A DNA stretch of 64,000 nt from Candidatus Poribacteria bacterium (GTDB taxonomy: Bacteria > Poribacteria > WGA-4E > PCPOR2b), in contig OZ241983.1 of NCBI GenBank assembly GCA_965204355.1, positions 5,957,088 to 6,021,087 on the forward strand, in the 5' to 3' direction. The translations under genes and the position numbers were made by a program. The notes under the pieces are model-generated. The model saw only the letters and a list, made by a program, of their open reading frames with translations, did not search any database and had not been told where the DNA came from. Positions 38,131 to 49,068 of the stretch are shown here, one piece after another. The stretch's first letter is position 1. Each line of letters opens with the position of its first letter.

Positions 38131-39909
38131 CTACTGTGATGACTGAGACGACTTACGAGGACCTACGCTCATATCTTCAAAGAACAGATCGAAATGCGTA
38201 AGGCATGCAGTGTCCGGCTGCTCGACACCATAAGCACTCGCCGTAATCCCCAACTGTAACGCCGGATATTCTCGATGCAAATGGTTAGCAAACTCAAAAA
38301 GCCATCGATAAATCATGCCGATTGACTCGGCGCGTGTATAATGCTGATGCCCCAGTGCGTTGCATCCTTTTAGGAGGCTATCTCCCGCACCCAAAATCGG
38401 ACGATCAAAGATGAGGACGTCCGCCCTCGTTTCTTCGAGCAACCCTTTTACCGCCTGCGTCAGGTAGTAACCGTAATCACTCAAAACGCAATAGACCTCC
38501 GGAACTTCTTTGTGACTGGTGGACCGCTGCGTTTGCCCTTCTGCCGGTTCCTCCTCTTGCTCCGCATCCCTCCTTCTCGGTACTGCCTTCCATTGGACTA
38601 CCGGCGCCGGTGCCAATCGCCATTCCGGACGATCTAAAACCGATGCGGGTATCTCAGCGATTGGAAGACGGATCCCGAATTTGCCTTCACCTTCATGCAC
38701 CCGTTGGCTTATCCGTTTTGCTGTCTGGAAGTCTGCAATGTTCCAGTCATAATCGAGGACAATTAAATCTCCGGGGCGCATCGATTCTATTAACGTCTCC
38801 CATTCAGATTTAGGGGCTATCCAGTGAATCTCAGGGGATTGTAACGCAGCATCCTCAGAATACGATGGAATATACGCCATCGCATCCCGATTGATTCTTT
38901 CAATCGCAGCTTGGAGGCCATCTTCAACAAGCATCGTCCAGACTTTGGGGCTGTCCACTGCCTGTCCCGGCGGCACTCGGATTTCAGTCCCATTGATAGC
39001 TGGCGCCGATCTCAAACCGATCGACACAGTCTCTCGATCTGAATAGACCGCATAGTACTTGAGAAGTCCCGCGCTCTCATTCCCTAGTACTACACCGCTA
39101 TCAACACCAGCATCACCCACCAGAATAAACGCCTCCGATGTGCCCCCTTCCCAAGGCGTTGTCAGTGGTCCCTCTACCACTCCCGAAATTCCGCACCGCC
39201 AGATTTGAAGACTGTCCCTTCGTCCCGCGAATAGCGGTAGCGATTCGATGATCACATCCTCCACAAAAAACGCTGAATCTGTTAAATTCTGAATCGTCAG
39301 CCACTTACGAACCACCGGCGAATCCGGATAAATCTCGTAGTGAACCCACAGATAAAATATCGGTTCTGCCTCCTCATCGGAAGTATATGTGAGTTGAATC
39401 GTAATCCGCTTGACCCCACCCATTTTCTGGGCAATCTGATAATCGTTGTAAGCCAGCAGATCGCTACCGCCAGAGAAAACAATCTCACCGATCCGAAACC
39501 GGAACTCCTCGCTCGGTCGGTCTATGTAGCTCTGCCCTGAAACTTTATGAGCGTAGCGAATCGTCGCAACCTTGTGCGCTCCCTGATCTAAACGCAGCCA
39601 ACGTTCCATGAGGTCATTTCCCATGTAGAGCACGTGGGATTTCAGATCAAAGCCAGCATAGGTGCCAACTCTCTTCAAGGGCTGTAGCTGCGCTCTCAAG
39701 TCAGCAATCGAAACTGTCTGCGACTCTTTACTGCTGCTGCCGGCGCAGCCAATGCATATCAGCAAGACGAGTATGTAACTTAACAGCTTTGGGCGTGAAA
39801 GGTGAGATGGGCGAATCCTTGGGCAGTGGGAATTGAGATGTGTCATGCCATTTCTACTCGGCACTTTCAAAAAGGTAGGATTATACAATCTTCTATTAAC
39901 CACAAACAC
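38131..39909 (-). CDS. hypothetical secreted/lipoprotein-like protein
   Basis: N-terminal hydrophobic signal LLSYILVLLICIGCAGSSS; 592 aa; no motif recognised; start uncertain. Confidence 0.5.
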   Translation of the reverse strand: MFVVNRRLYNPTFLKVPSRNGMTHLNSHCPRIRPSHLSRPKLLSYILVLLICIGCAGSSSKESQTVSIADLRAQLQPLKRVGTYAGFDLKSHVLYMGNDLMERWLRLDQGAHKVATIRYAHKVSGQSYIDRPSEEFRFRIGEIVFSGGSDLLAYNDYQIAQKMGGVKRITIQLTYTSDEEAEPIFYLWVHYEIYPDSPVVRKWLTIQNLTDSAFFVEDVIIESLPLFAGRRDSLQIWRCGISGVVEGPLTTPWEGGTSEAFILVGDAGVDSGVVLGNESAGLLKYYAVYSDRETVSIGLRSAPAINGTEIRVPPGQAVDSPKVWTMLVEDGLQAAIERINRDAMAYIPSYSEDAALQSPEIHWIAPKSEWETLIESMRPGDLIVLDYDWNIADFQTAKRISQRVHEGEGKFGIRLPIAEIPASVLDRPEWRLAPAPVVQWKAVPRRRDAEQEEEPAEGQTQRSTSHKEVPEVYCVLSDYGYYLTQAVKGLLEETRADVLIFDRPILGAGDSLLKGCNALGHQHYTRAESIGMIYRWLFEFANHLHREYPALQLGITASAYGVEQPDTACLTHFDLFFEDMSVGPRKSSQSSQ

Positions 39910-39933
39910 TATCAGCCATAACGATCCAACGGG

Positions 39934-40968
39934 CTAGCCTAAAGCCTCCGTGATGAGGGAATATAGCTTCGGAACGGTGCGATCAAAATCCCCGGAAATA
40001 TGGTAACTCTCGCCACCATCTCTCACAGTGCGAACAAGGATTGTCTTCTTGGGACGGTGGTAATAATGCGCGTCTGTTGGACTGCCTTCCTCTCGGAAAT
40101 CGGTGAATTCGATAAGATCAAAGTTAGCCGTGGTGAAGTGCCGGATCTCCTCGCCGCGTTGCGCGGCAATATTTCGCGCCATCGACAGGCTCTTAAGATA
40201 GACCTCTGGTCCCATCACCGCGGAACCCAAGTTCAGAAACACGCCGCCCTCTAATTTCGAGACACTGTGGGCAAAACGGAGGAAGTCCTCGCCGGTTGTG
40301 TAGCCCATCGCAGCATAATCGGCGGCGGGGTGCTGGTCAATGATGTCGTAGCCGATCCCTTTATGCACGGTTATCGGAACACCCAAACGATATGCCGCTG
40401 CAAACATACTAATCGCTCGGTATGGAAACTTGACACCGCACTCTCCATTTTGAATGAGCCGACCAATCGCTTCACCGAAGCCGACTTTATCGTGATAGCC
40501 GCGAACGATAGCGTCATTGAGGTAACGCCCGGTCTCCTCCCAATGACCAAACGTCCCATCCCAGATATACTGCTCCACATCCTCCAACGTCGCACCGATC
40601 AGGGCAAGTTCAAAATCGTGGATGGCGCCGGCACCGTTTGTCGCCAGATGCGTGAGGATACCGCGTTCCATCAGATCGATGATATAGCGCGAATTGCCTC
40701 GTCGCATGACGTGCGCCCCCATCATCCATATCACCTGTTTTCCCGCCCGATGGGCTTGAATTATCCGATCTGCGACTATCCGCAAATCGTCGTTTTCATA
40801 CAGCGGCGCTTCCGCATCCAACGGGTAGATGTCCGCGACCGTCATTTTATGTTCTCGTTCAGCTAACGGCAGAACCTTTAACCGCCCCCGATCTAATTTC
40901 GAATACACCACAAGTCGTAAATCTCCCTGATTTTTAGCCAAACACGGAATAGGGCAGCGGCTTTCCAC
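39934..40968 (-). CDS. deoxyhypusine-synthase-like (DS family) protein, start uncertain (possibly ATG 40855)
   Basis: HLATNGAGAIHDFELALIG resembles DHS TTAGGVEEDxIK NAD-binding region; overlaps downstream gene if long start used. Confidence 0.35.
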   Translation of the reverse strand: MESRCPIPCLAKNQGDLRLVVYSKLDRGRLKVLPLAEREHKMTVADIYPLDAEAPLYENDDLRIVADRIIQAHRAGKQVIWMMGAHVMRRGNSRYIIDLMERGILTHLATNGAGAIHDFELALIGATLEDVEQYIWDGTFGHWEETGRYLNDAIVRGYHDKVGFGEAIGRLIQNGECGVKFPYRAISMFAAAYRLGVPITVHKGIGYDIIDQHPAADYAAMGYTTGEDFLRFAHSVSKLEGGVFLNLGSAVMGPEVYLKSLSMARNIAAQRGEEIRHFTTANFDLIEFTDFREEGSPTDAHYYHRPKKTILVRTVRDGGESYHISGDFDRTVPKLYSLITEALG

Positions 40969-41890
40969 TTAACCCAGCCAGCAGGTTCTCAGCCGCCATC
41001 GTTGCCATCCGCGTGCGGGTCTGTAACGTTGAACTGCCAAGATGCGGAAAGATAAGGGCGTTGTCAAGCGTTAGCAGTGGATCGTCCGTCGGGATAGGTT
41101 CCGGGTCTGTAACATCGAGAGCAGCCCGTGCAATTTCCCCGTTTTTTAATGCCTCGTAGAGCGCCGCTGAATCCACTACCGGTCCCCGCGCGATATTTAC
41201 AAGGATCGCTGTCGGCTTCATCTTCTGAAATTCTGCCTTACCAATCAGATGATGGGTCTCCTCCGTCATCGGAACATGTAGCGTTATAAAATCAGATTCT
41301 TCAAGCAAGCCATCAAAACTGGCATACTCAATGCCCAATTCCGCTTCCCAGTCCTCGCGGCGTGTCCGCTTATAATACAGCACCCGCATATCAAATCCCA
41401 ACGCCCTTTTGGCAACCTCATAACCGATTCTGCCCATACCGATGATGCCGAGCGTTGCGTGATGCACATCGTATCCATGGAAGATATTTGGATCGTAGCA
41501 TGTCCAACGCTTTTCCTGAACGTAGACCCCGGCGGGAACAAGATGTCGTGCCGCCGCGAGCAGTTGCGCGAAAGTCGTATCGGCGGTGGTTTCACTCAAC
41601 ACACCGGGTGTATTGCCAACCGCAACGCCCTGGGCTCTCGCTGCCTCTGCGTCAATGTGATTATATCCGACACCGACGTTGGAAATTACCTTAAGATTGG
41701 GCGCGCTGGCAATCATTTCCGCTGTCACCGGCTCGTGACTATAAGTGACCAGTCCATCAAGCCCCGGCAGCCGCTCCGCGGTCGGGGGCAGAATCTCACT
41801 GGTATGCCATATATCAACTTCGCACGCTGCCTCGATCATGGCCAAGGCTTTCTCTGGGATAGGACGGGTAATAAAAATTTTCGGCTTCAA
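40934..41890 (-). CDS. D-isomer-specific 2-hydroxyacid dehydrogenase (glyoxylate/hydroxypyruvate reductase-like)
   Basis: GIIGMGRIGYEVAKRA NAD motif, catalytic R/E/H pattern; TTG start with AGGAGG 8 nt upstream (ORF track extends to 41995). Confidence 0.8.
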   Translation of the reverse strand: MKPKIFITRPIPEKALAMIEAACEVDIWHTSEILPPTAERLPGLDGLVTYSHEPVTAEMIASAPNLKVISNVGVGYNHIDAEAARAQGVAVGNTPGVLSETTADTTFAQLLAAARHLVPAGVYVQEKRWTCYDPNIFHGYDVHHATLGIIGMGRIGYEVAKRALGFDMRVLYYKRTRREDWEAELGIEYASFDGLLEESDFITLHVPMTEETHHLIGKAEFQKMKPTAILVNIARGPVVDSAALYEALKNGEIARAALDVTDPEPIPTDDPLLTLDNALIFPHLGSSTLQTRTRMATMAAENLLAGLSGKPLPYSVFG

Positions 41891-42083
41891 TGACGATACC
41901 TCCTGCGTAAAACGCGATGTGTGATGAGTAATTAGGAAGTAATTATCCAACATCAATTTCCGTAATTTTAGGGATGCTCGATTTCTGGGATCCAATAGAC
42001 CGTGTAGGCAAAAATCTATATCAATCTAATATACAGGCAAACATCTGCCACATTTTCCAACCGGATGAACTTCCTACAAAAAG

Positions 42084-42111
42084 TTGACAAGGGCAAGGAA
42101 ACAACTATAAT
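42084..42111 (+). promoter_or_regulatory. sigma70-like promoter (TTGACA-16-TATAAT)
   Basis: TTGACA 42084, TATAAT 42106 upstream of membrane-protein gene. Confidence 0.5.
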
Positions 42112-42214
42112 ATAATTCAGAGGGCTCGAAATAGTCTTTGCCTTATTACATCGAATATTATAATCCACAAGGAACGTATTCTCAAGAGGTTTCTGGCTTC
42201 GATGGAAGCCCTTC

Positions 42215-44218
42215 ATGAGAAATGCTATCAGCCCGAAAGAGATCGCATTGAACCTCCAAGCCCAATATTCGACACCCCAGTCCCAACAACCGCAGATCCG
42301 TTGGAACGCAATCTGGTTAGGTCTAGGGCTCATTTTTCTCAATAATTACTGGCTATTTGCGATGCTGCGTTGGGAGCAGGGGCTTCCAACCACCATGTCG
42401 CTCTTCTTCAATGTGATTTTCATCTTCGCGTTTGTAGTGGTGCTTAACTACTGGCTCGCCCGGTTTTCACCACAGTTGGCATTGACACAGGGTGAGTTGT
42501 TGACCCTCTACGCGATGCTTTCCGTTGCCTCTGCAATTGGTGGGCACGATCTGTTTCAAGTCGTTGTCACCAATATCGCGGTCGTCGGCTGGATGTCAAA
42601 CGAGGAAAACGAATGGGCGACACTGTTCCACCACTACCTCCCCGATTGGCTGGCGTTGACCGACAAAAAAAGTATCACCCCCTACTTCGTTGGGGAATCC
42701 AGTCTTTACCTCCCTGAAAACCTGGCATTATGGTGGCAGCCTGTCCTCGCGTGGTCCGGGTTTATCATCGTTCTCCTCTTCACTGCTTTCTGCATCAATG
42801 CCATCCTGCGAAAACAGTGGATCGAAGCAGAACGGCTCAGCTACCCGATCATAGAGCTCCCGCAGCAGATGACCACAAGGGACTTCTTTCGGGATCGATT
42901 GATGTGGGCAGGATTCATTCTTGCTGGCGGCATGGATCTCATCAACGGACTGCATTTCCTGTTCCCCATTATTCCCGGACTCGGAGGTGAGTTCTTTGAT
43001 CTGCGCCCATTTTTTACCACGAAACCGTGGAACGCCATCGGTTGGACACCAATCGTTATCTTCCCCTTTGCTATTGGGATGGGATATTTTATCCCCCTCG
43101 ATCTCTCCTTCACATTCTGGTTCTTCTACGTCTTCTGGAAATTTGAGATGATTATGGGAAGTGTCTTCGGTCTCCAGCACATCCCCGGTTTTCCCTTCAT
43201 CTTCGATCAATCATTCGGTGTCTGCGTTGGTGTGTTAATTATCACGCTATGGGGAGCGCGGCGTCACTTGCGAACTGTGCTCGTCAGCGCATGGCGAGGC
43301 ACCTCAATTCACAAGTTTTCTAATGTCCAAAGCAGAGGAGCCGGACAAGAGGATCTATCAGAGAACGGAAGCGAAGCTAACGAACCGATTTCCTATCGCA
43401 CCGCGGTGCTCGGACTGATTATTGGCTTCATGTTGCTGGTCGGTTTTTGGGCGGTAGCAGGTCTACCGCTCTGGGTCGCTTTTCTCGTGCTCGTCATCCA
43501 CTTCACAACGGTAACCGTTATCACCCGTATCCGTGCGGAGTTAGGACCGCCCATCCACGACTTACGTGCGATGGGACCAGATGTACTACTACCGAAGATG
43601 TTCGGTATGCGACGGATAGGGGCAAGAAGTCTCACTCTGTTCTCGCTTGTATATTGCTTCAATCGCGCCTATCGGGGCAATGCCATGCCACATCAGCTAG
43701 AAGCACTGAAACTTGCAGAGCGCACAGGGGTGTCATCACGCCGTGTCGGATACGCTATACTACTCGCAGTCGTTCTTAGTCCATTGACCTCGTTCTGGTT
43801 CTCACTGCACATCGGCTACAAGTCCGGTGCGTGGGAGGTGTGGTATGGTTCCATCTTTCGACGCACCCAAAGCTGGCTTACCAACCCGGCACCCGTCGAT
43901 GTTTTGTCGATCTTGGCGATGTGCTTCGGGGCGGTCTTCACCTTCCTGCTCACCGCTGTGCGCACCCGCTTTGTTTGGTGGCCTCTCTATCCGGTTGGAT
44001 ACGGCATCTCTGGCACATGGGCAGTCAACTTCTTCTGGTTCTCGGTGTTCATCAGTTGGGTGATTAAGTGGTGCATCCTCCGCTTTGGCGGCTTAAAGAC
44101 GTTTCGTAATCTGGCACCCTTCTTTCTCGGATTGATACTGGGTGAATTTCTTGTCGGTGGTGTGTGGGCGCTGATTGGTGTGGTGTTAGAAAAACCGATG
44201 TATCGGTTCATCTGGTAA
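42215..44218 (+). CDS. large Trp-rich polytopic membrane protein of unknown function
   Basis: 667 aa, ~14 TM helices. Confidence 0.55.
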   Translation: MRNAISPKEIALNLQAQYSTPQSQQPQIRWNAIWLGLGLIFLNNYWLFAMLRWEQGLPTTMSLFFNVIFIFAFVVVLNYWLARFSPQLALTQGELLTLYAMLSVASAIGGHDLFQVVVTNIAVVGWMSNEENEWATLFHHYLPDWLALTDKKSITPYFVGESSLYLPENLALWWQPVLAWSGFIIVLLFTAFCINAILRKQWIEAERLSYPIIELPQQMTTRDFFRDRLMWAGFILAGGMDLINGLHFLFPIIPGLGGEFFDLRPFFTTKPWNAIGWTPIVIFPFAIGMGYFIPLDLSFTFWFFYVFWKFEMIMGSVFGLQHIPGFPFIFDQSFGVCVGVLIITLWGARRHLRTVLVSAWRGTSIHKFSNVQSRGAGQEDLSENGSEANEPISYRTAVLGLIIGFMLLVGFWAVAGLPLWVAFLVLVIHFTTVTVITRIRAELGPPIHDLRAMGPDVLLPKMFGMRRIGARSLTLFSLVYCFNRAYRGNAMPHQLEALKLAERTGVSSRRVGYAILLAVVLSPLTSFWFSLHIGYKSGAWEVWYGSIFRRTQSWLTNPAPVDVLSILAMCFGAVFTFLLTAVRTRFVWWPLYPVGYGISGTWAVNFFWFSVFISWVIKWCILRFGGLKTFRNLAPFFLGLILGEFLVGGVWALIGVVLEKPMYRFIW

Positions 44219-44417
44219 ATCAGGTGCTCTGCACTTATTCCCGTTGGATCTGGAGGGCCGGATCAAGCAGCGCAGAAACTCCTATTGTTCTTGATAAAAC
44301 GATTGCAATTCCAAAAAGCATAAAGTATAATATCAATGTTTTAGGTCGGGGCAGCTTAAAATAGCGAAGCGCCACAACCCTTCAGCGTCATAACCTTCAT
44401 TTTTGGGAGGAATCATC

Positions 44418-44627
44418 ATGCCGCCAATTGGCCCAATAGAGCTGATTATTATTCTTGCCATTGCACTTGTGATTTTCGGTCCGAAGCGTCTACCAGATAT
44501 GGGTCGTTCACTTGGAAAGGCAATTCGGGAATTTAGGAACGCCGGCAAAGAGATTCAAAACGATATTGCTGAATCAATTGATAAAGACGACCAAGATTCA
44601 ACCAAACCTGCGAATAAGACGGTTTAG
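44418..44627 (+). CDS. tatA: twin-arginine translocase subunit TatA/E
   Basis: IELIIILAIALVIFGPKRLPDMGRSLGKAIREFR; GGGAGG RBS. Confidence 0.85.
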   Translation: MPPIGPIELIIILAIALVIFGPKRLPDMGRSLGKAIREFRNAGKEIQNDIAESIDKDDQDSTKPANKTV

Positions 44628-44635
44628 CTACCAGC

Positions 44636-45463
44636 ATGGCTTCTGATGCCTCAATGTCCTTTTTGGATCATCTTGGAGAACTCCGTCGACGGATTATCAT
44701 CTCCCTAATTGCGATCGCGATAGGTATATTTATAAGTCTGTGGTTTCAACGTCCGGCTGTGGAAATCATCACGCGCCCCGTTGACATACCACTCAACGAA
44801 CAATTGGCAAATTGGATTGATCGGACTGTGAGTTCAGACGGTTCATTGATAGCGTTCTTGTCGATTGCTCTAAGGGCAAAAGCATCAAGTGCAGTTCAGC
44901 TTAATAAAATCGGGCCCAGTGAAGCGATCATGGCGTTTATCAAGATCGCCGTCACCTTCGGGGTGTTACTCGCATCACCCATTGTGCTTTATCAGGTCTG
45001 GGCCTTTGTTTTCCCTGCCCTAACACAACAGGAAAGGAAGTTCGCACTTCCTCTATTTTTGACCATACTTTTCTTCTTCCTTGTTGGGGTAGTTTTTGCC
45101 TATTTTATCGTTCTACCTGTCATCGTTCAATTTGCCGCGGGGCTTTTCTACGCTTCAGGCGTCAGGAACCTATGGAGCATTGATAGGTATGCGGGTTTTG
45201 CAACCGGTATGCTGCTAGCCTTCGGTGTCGCGTTTGAACTCCCGATTGTTATGGCGTTTCTGTCACGAATCGGTGTTATTAACGCCCAAGGCTTTCGAGA
45301 GCGGCAGCGATATGCCGTTATGTTTATTTTTGTCGCAGCCGCGGTGTTGACGCCCACAGATCCATGGTCTATGTTATTATTGGCAATTCCACTTATCTTG
45401 TTATATCAGTTGGGGATCTTCCTCGCCTTTCTTGCAGAACAGGAGCCTGAAAGTAATGCCTAA
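44636..45463 (+). CDS. tatC: twin-arginine translocase subunit TatC
   Basis: HLGELRRRII... and six TM layout. Confidence 0.85.
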   Translation: MASDASMSFLDHLGELRRRIIISLIAIAIGIFISLWFQRPAVEIITRPVDIPLNEQLANWIDRTVSSDGSLIAFLSIALRAKASSAVQLNKIGPSEAIMAFIKIAVTFGVLLASPIVLYQVWAFVFPALTQQERKFALPLFLTILFFFLVGVVFAYFIVLPVIVQFAAGLFYASGVRNLWSIDRYAGFATGMLLAFGVAFELPIVMAFLSRIGVINAQGFRERQRYAVMFIFVAAAVLTPTDPWSMLLLAIPLILLYQLGIFLAFLAEQEPESNA

Positions 45464-46229
45464 TCTCAAGTTGCAGGAACAGTTACGATTGTTGTACGAG
45501 TTTCAGCAGATTGACGCCGAAATTTTGACGTTGGATAATAAACTCAAGTCAGTCCCACTCAAGATCAAGAAGGCAGACCAACAACTTCAGCTCCATCAAC
45601 AAAAACTACAGGAGAAACGGGCCCAACTGGCTGATACAGAAAAGACACAGCGATCCAAAACGGCAGAACTTGAAATGGAAGGCGAGCAGCGTAACAAATA
45701 TCAAGCACAGTTACGGGAGGTGAAAAGCAACAAAGAATACCAAGCATTGGATAAAGAGATTAGCTTTATTCAAGAGAAAGAAGCGGAAATAGAAGATGAG
45801 ATTTTATCGGCAATGCTGCAAATAGATCAGATCAACGAAGAGCTTGCTCAACAGCAAAAGGACTTTGAGGCCGAGCGGGCAAAACATAACGCACAAAAAG
45901 CCGCATACGAGCAGGAAGCAAAAGATCTCAAAGCAGCAATTGTAAAATGCCAAGGAAAACAACGGGGATTTTCCGACCAGATTGATTCGGGGTTAATAGA
46001 CCAGTATCAAGCCCGGTTCAAACGTTATCGCAAAGGACTAATTTCACTAGTTGTTGAAAACGCATGCGGCAATTGTCATCTCACAATTCCACCGCAAACC
46101 TTACTGGAGACTCGTAAGTATGAGCAGCCTATCCGTTGTGGAAGCTGCAGGCTTATTCTTTATATTCCTACCCCCTCTCCTAACGATGCTCCCACCGAAG
46201 AACCCACTTCCGGTTCCGGTCAGTACTAA
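45456..46229 (+). CDS. coiled-coil C4 zinc-ribbon protein (COG1579-like)
   Basis: long coiled coil then CGNCHLTIPPQ...CGSCRLIL. Confidence 0.65.
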   Translation: MPNLKLQEQLRLLYEFQQIDAEILTLDNKLKSVPLKIKKADQQLQLHQQKLQEKRAQLADTEKTQRSKTAELEMEGEQRNKYQAQLREVKSNKEYQALDKEISFIQEKEAEIEDEILSAMLQIDQINEELAQQQKDFEAERAKHNAQKAAYEQEAKDLKAAIVKCQGKQRGFSDQIDSGLIDQYQARFKRYRKGLISLVVENACGNCHLTIPPQTLLETRKYEQPIRCGSCRLILYIPTPSPNDAPTEEPTSGSGQY

Positions 46230-46640
46230 ATTTCCGTCGCCGCACATCTCTAAAATTCTTTTACCTACCGACGTATACCGCAATAGTTCAGTCTGAACTG
46301 AACCCAATATCAGTATTACATAATAGGACTTACGCAGTTGAACGATGAGGTGTTGTGATTCAATGCTTCATCACCAATGCGGGGCAAGATGCCCCGCCTA
46401 CGATGGGTGTAGAGTCTAAACATACCCTTCGACGCCCGATGAATCGGGCAACTACAATATGAAGTGCGTAACTCCTCACATAATTTGCATTTTCTGATGT
46501 CCCTCACCCATCAATGGGATATTTGTGTTGATAACTTTAAGTATTTTTTTATTTACACATGTTCTTCTGAAACCGATTCAAAAAATCTTACGTTAGGCGC
46601 AGTATAGCGACTTGCCCAAGATTTAGCTTGGAGAAGAAAA

Positions 46641-47474
46641 ATGACCGTGACACAAAAATCGTTCCTCCTTGTAGCAATACTATCTTTATCTGTCTCTACA
46701 ACGGGGTTATCAACGGATGCGCCTAAATCCGCCGAACCTACAACTAAAACAAAATCTCCTTTTCGTTTAAGCACCGTTGTTCTCGATGCTGGACATGGCG
46801 GTATAGACCCCGGCAATGTCGGTCCGGGGCGCGAAAATGAAAAGGATATCAACTTGGTAATTACGCACAAATTAGCAGCACTGATTCGGGAAAAAACGAC
46901 ATATGAGGTTCATCTCACCCGATCAGATGACCGTTGGATTTCATTAACAGACCGCGCCAATATTGCCAATAAATACTCAGCTAAGGAAACGTTGTTTATC
47001 AGCATCCATTGCAATTCACATTCCGATTCCCGTGTTCACGGATTAGAGAGCTATATCTTTAACTTACAAGCGACCGATAGATTCGCGGCACAATTAGCCA
47101 AATGGGAAAACCGGGAAGAGACCGTTAGTCCTGTCGATTTTATCTTCATCAATCTACAGAAGAGAGGCATCGAAAAATATAGTTGGGAAGCCGCCCGTAT
47201 TGTACAATCTGTGCTCGTATCACACCTCAGAGCGCGAGATCGGAATAGGAGTGCGCCAGACAAAATGGTTAGACGAGCCCCCTTTCGGGTCCTTGTCGAT
47301 ACCCAGATGCCAGCCCTTTTGGTCGAATTAGGATATCTATCTAATAAATCAGAGTATAAAAAACTCAACTCTCCCACCTACCAAGACAAAGTGGCAAATG
47401 CACTGTTGAGGGCGATTCAGCAATTTGATCGGTCCACACAAGATGCAACTCGTATTGCTGCACAGTTCCGTTAA
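46641..47474 (+). CDS. N-acetylmuramoyl-L-alanine amidase (Amidase_3)
   Basis: signal peptide, VVLDAGHGGIDPG and ISIHCNS Zn-ligand motifs. Confidence 0.8.
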   Translation: MTVTQKSFLLVAILSLSVSTTGLSTDAPKSAEPTTKTKSPFRLSTVVLDAGHGGIDPGNVGPGRENEKDINLVITHKLAALIREKTTYEVHLTRSDDRWISLTDRANIANKYSAKETLFISIHCNSHSDSRVHGLESYIFNLQATDRFAAQLAKWENREETVSPVDFIFINLQKRGIEKYSWEAARIVQSVLVSHLRARDRNRSAPDKMVRRAPFRVLVDTQMPALLVELGYLSNKSEYKKLNSPTYQDKVANALLRAIQQFDRSTQDATRIAAQFR

Positions 47475-47654
47475 TACAGATTTCATCTACACGAAGGTCC
47501 GTAAAATGTGCACGGTTTTTATGTTGAAGGGTCGGAAGTTGGAGTTGTAGGGAAGCCACCGTATTTGGGGTGACTTGGGGATCGGTCAACGAAAGATTTT
47601 GTAGAAAGAACAGCGGCGGGGGGAACATTGCTTCAGTCTTTAATCGAGGAATTT

Positions 47655-48686
47655 TCAGATGATTCGGACGGACCTCTCTCCATAGGTAATTTCACCAATC
47701 AGAGCAGGAGATTCACCTAACTCTTGGAGCGAAGCAATCGCCGTATCAACCTGACTCGGCGGCAGTACAAGTCCCATACCAACACCCATGTTAAAAACAT
47801 GGTACATCTCGGCTTCATCCACCCTACCTTTGTCCTGAAGGAACGGAAAGATCTGCGGTATTTCCCAAGTACCCTTCCGAACTTCTGCACAGCAATTCGG
47901 CGGAAGGATGCGGATGATGTTATCTGACAATCCTCCACCTGTAATATGGGCAATGCCTTTAATATCGCAACACTCCCGTAGAGCAAGGACACTCTTGACA
48001 TAGCTTTTATGATGCGCAAGCAGCGCTGAGCCAATCGTTGTATCGAGCTCAGGGATATACCGATCTACTTCATAGCCACAAACCTCAAATACGATTCGCC
48101 GGGCAAGTGAAAAGCCGTTTGTGTGCAGACCGAGTGAACCCAAGCCAACCAAGCCATCCCCCGGCGCAATTCGACTTCCCGTGATGAGTTGCGACTCCTC
48201 AACCACACCGACAACTGTACCAGCGAGATCATACTCGCCCATTGTGTAGAGTTCTGATAGTTCCGCGATTTCCCCACCAATTAGCGCACAGCCGATCTCC
48301 CGACAGCCCGCCGCCACACCCCTCACAATCTGCTCAATGACTTCGGGTTGCACCTTACTTATCCCAATATAGTCGAGAAAAAAGAGCGGTTCCGCCCCTT
48401 GAACCAAGATATCATTACCGCAGTGCGCCACAATATCAAACCCAACTGTATCGTGCCGTCCTGTCATAAAGGCAACCTTGAGTTTTGTCCCAACACTGTC
48501 AGTGCTAGACACCAAGATCGGTTTTTCATATTCACCGAGTGCAAACAGTCCCCCGAAGTTGCCTACTTCGCTCAAGACTTCCGGACGATGGGTTGATTGG
48601 AGGTGGGGTTTTATGCGCTTCAGTGCATCGTCTTGTGCGTCGATGGATACACCTGCGCTAGCATAGGTTACCCTTTGCTCAGCCAT
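47655..48686 (-). CDS. purM: phosphoribosylformylglycinamidine cyclo-ligase (AIR synthetase)
   Basis: GGLFALGEYEKPILVSSTDSVGTKLK signature. Confidence 0.9.
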   Translation of the reverse strand: MAEQRVTYASAGVSIDAQDDALKRIKPHLQSTHRPEVLSEVGNFGGLFALGEYEKPILVSSTDSVGTKLKVAFMTGRHDTVGFDIVAHCGNDILVQGAEPLFFLDYIGISKVQPEVIEQIVRGVAAGCREIGCALIGGEIAELSELYTMGEYDLAGTVVGVVEESQLITGSRIAPGDGLVGLGSLGLHTNGFSLARRIVFEVCGYEVDRYIPELDTTIGSALLAHHKSYVKSVLALRECCDIKGIAHITGGGLSDNIIRILPPNCCAEVRKGTWEIPQIFPFLQDKGRVDEAEMYHVFNMGVGMGLVLPPSQVDTAIASLQELGESPALIGEITYGERSVRII

Positions 48687-49065
48687 CGGAGTCGTCAGAT
48701 TCCCTTCGCTTTTCCATGCGTTGATTAAACGATTCTAAGCGGCGATTACCGATGAGAGTCATTATCTTATCCATCTTTAATAGGGAACCAACCAACACCA
48801 CAATACATAATCCAACAGTGATTAACATGGCATTCTCTGCAGCAACATGTGGGGGAACTGTTGGACTCAGTTTTTGAACCAGCAAGATTGCTGGTTGATA
48901 CACCACTATGCCAAGAATCGCGCATAAGACGATAGCGTAAAAGGTGAATCGTCCCTGCGATGTGGATAAGCCTCGCCGGACGCTTTGAAAAGGGTGGGAG
49001 GATCCCGTCCGTTCTCTTCTTAATCTGTTTTGCATTGGAGGACTCCTTGGGAATGGCTCCCTCAA
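48679..49065 (-). CDS. hypothetical small membrane protein (start uncertain)
   Basis: two predicted TM helices; overlaps purM start by 8 nt. Confidence 0.3.
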   Translation of the reverse strand: MREPFPRSPPMQNRLRRERTGSSHPFQSVRRGLSTSQGRFTFYAIVLCAILGIVVYQPAILLVQKLSPTVPPHVAAENAMLITVGLCIVVLVGSLLKMDKIMTLIGNRRLESFNQRMEKRRESDDSDG

Positions 49066-49068
49066 TCA

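Noticed and set aside
41891-41995. N-terminal 35-aa extension of 2-hydroxyacid dehydrogenase ORF; similarly 50503-50670 for purF and 10124-10204 for UxuA-like gene
   Set aside because: Extensions lack homology-like sequence. Internal starts have canonical RBS and give family-typical protein lengths.
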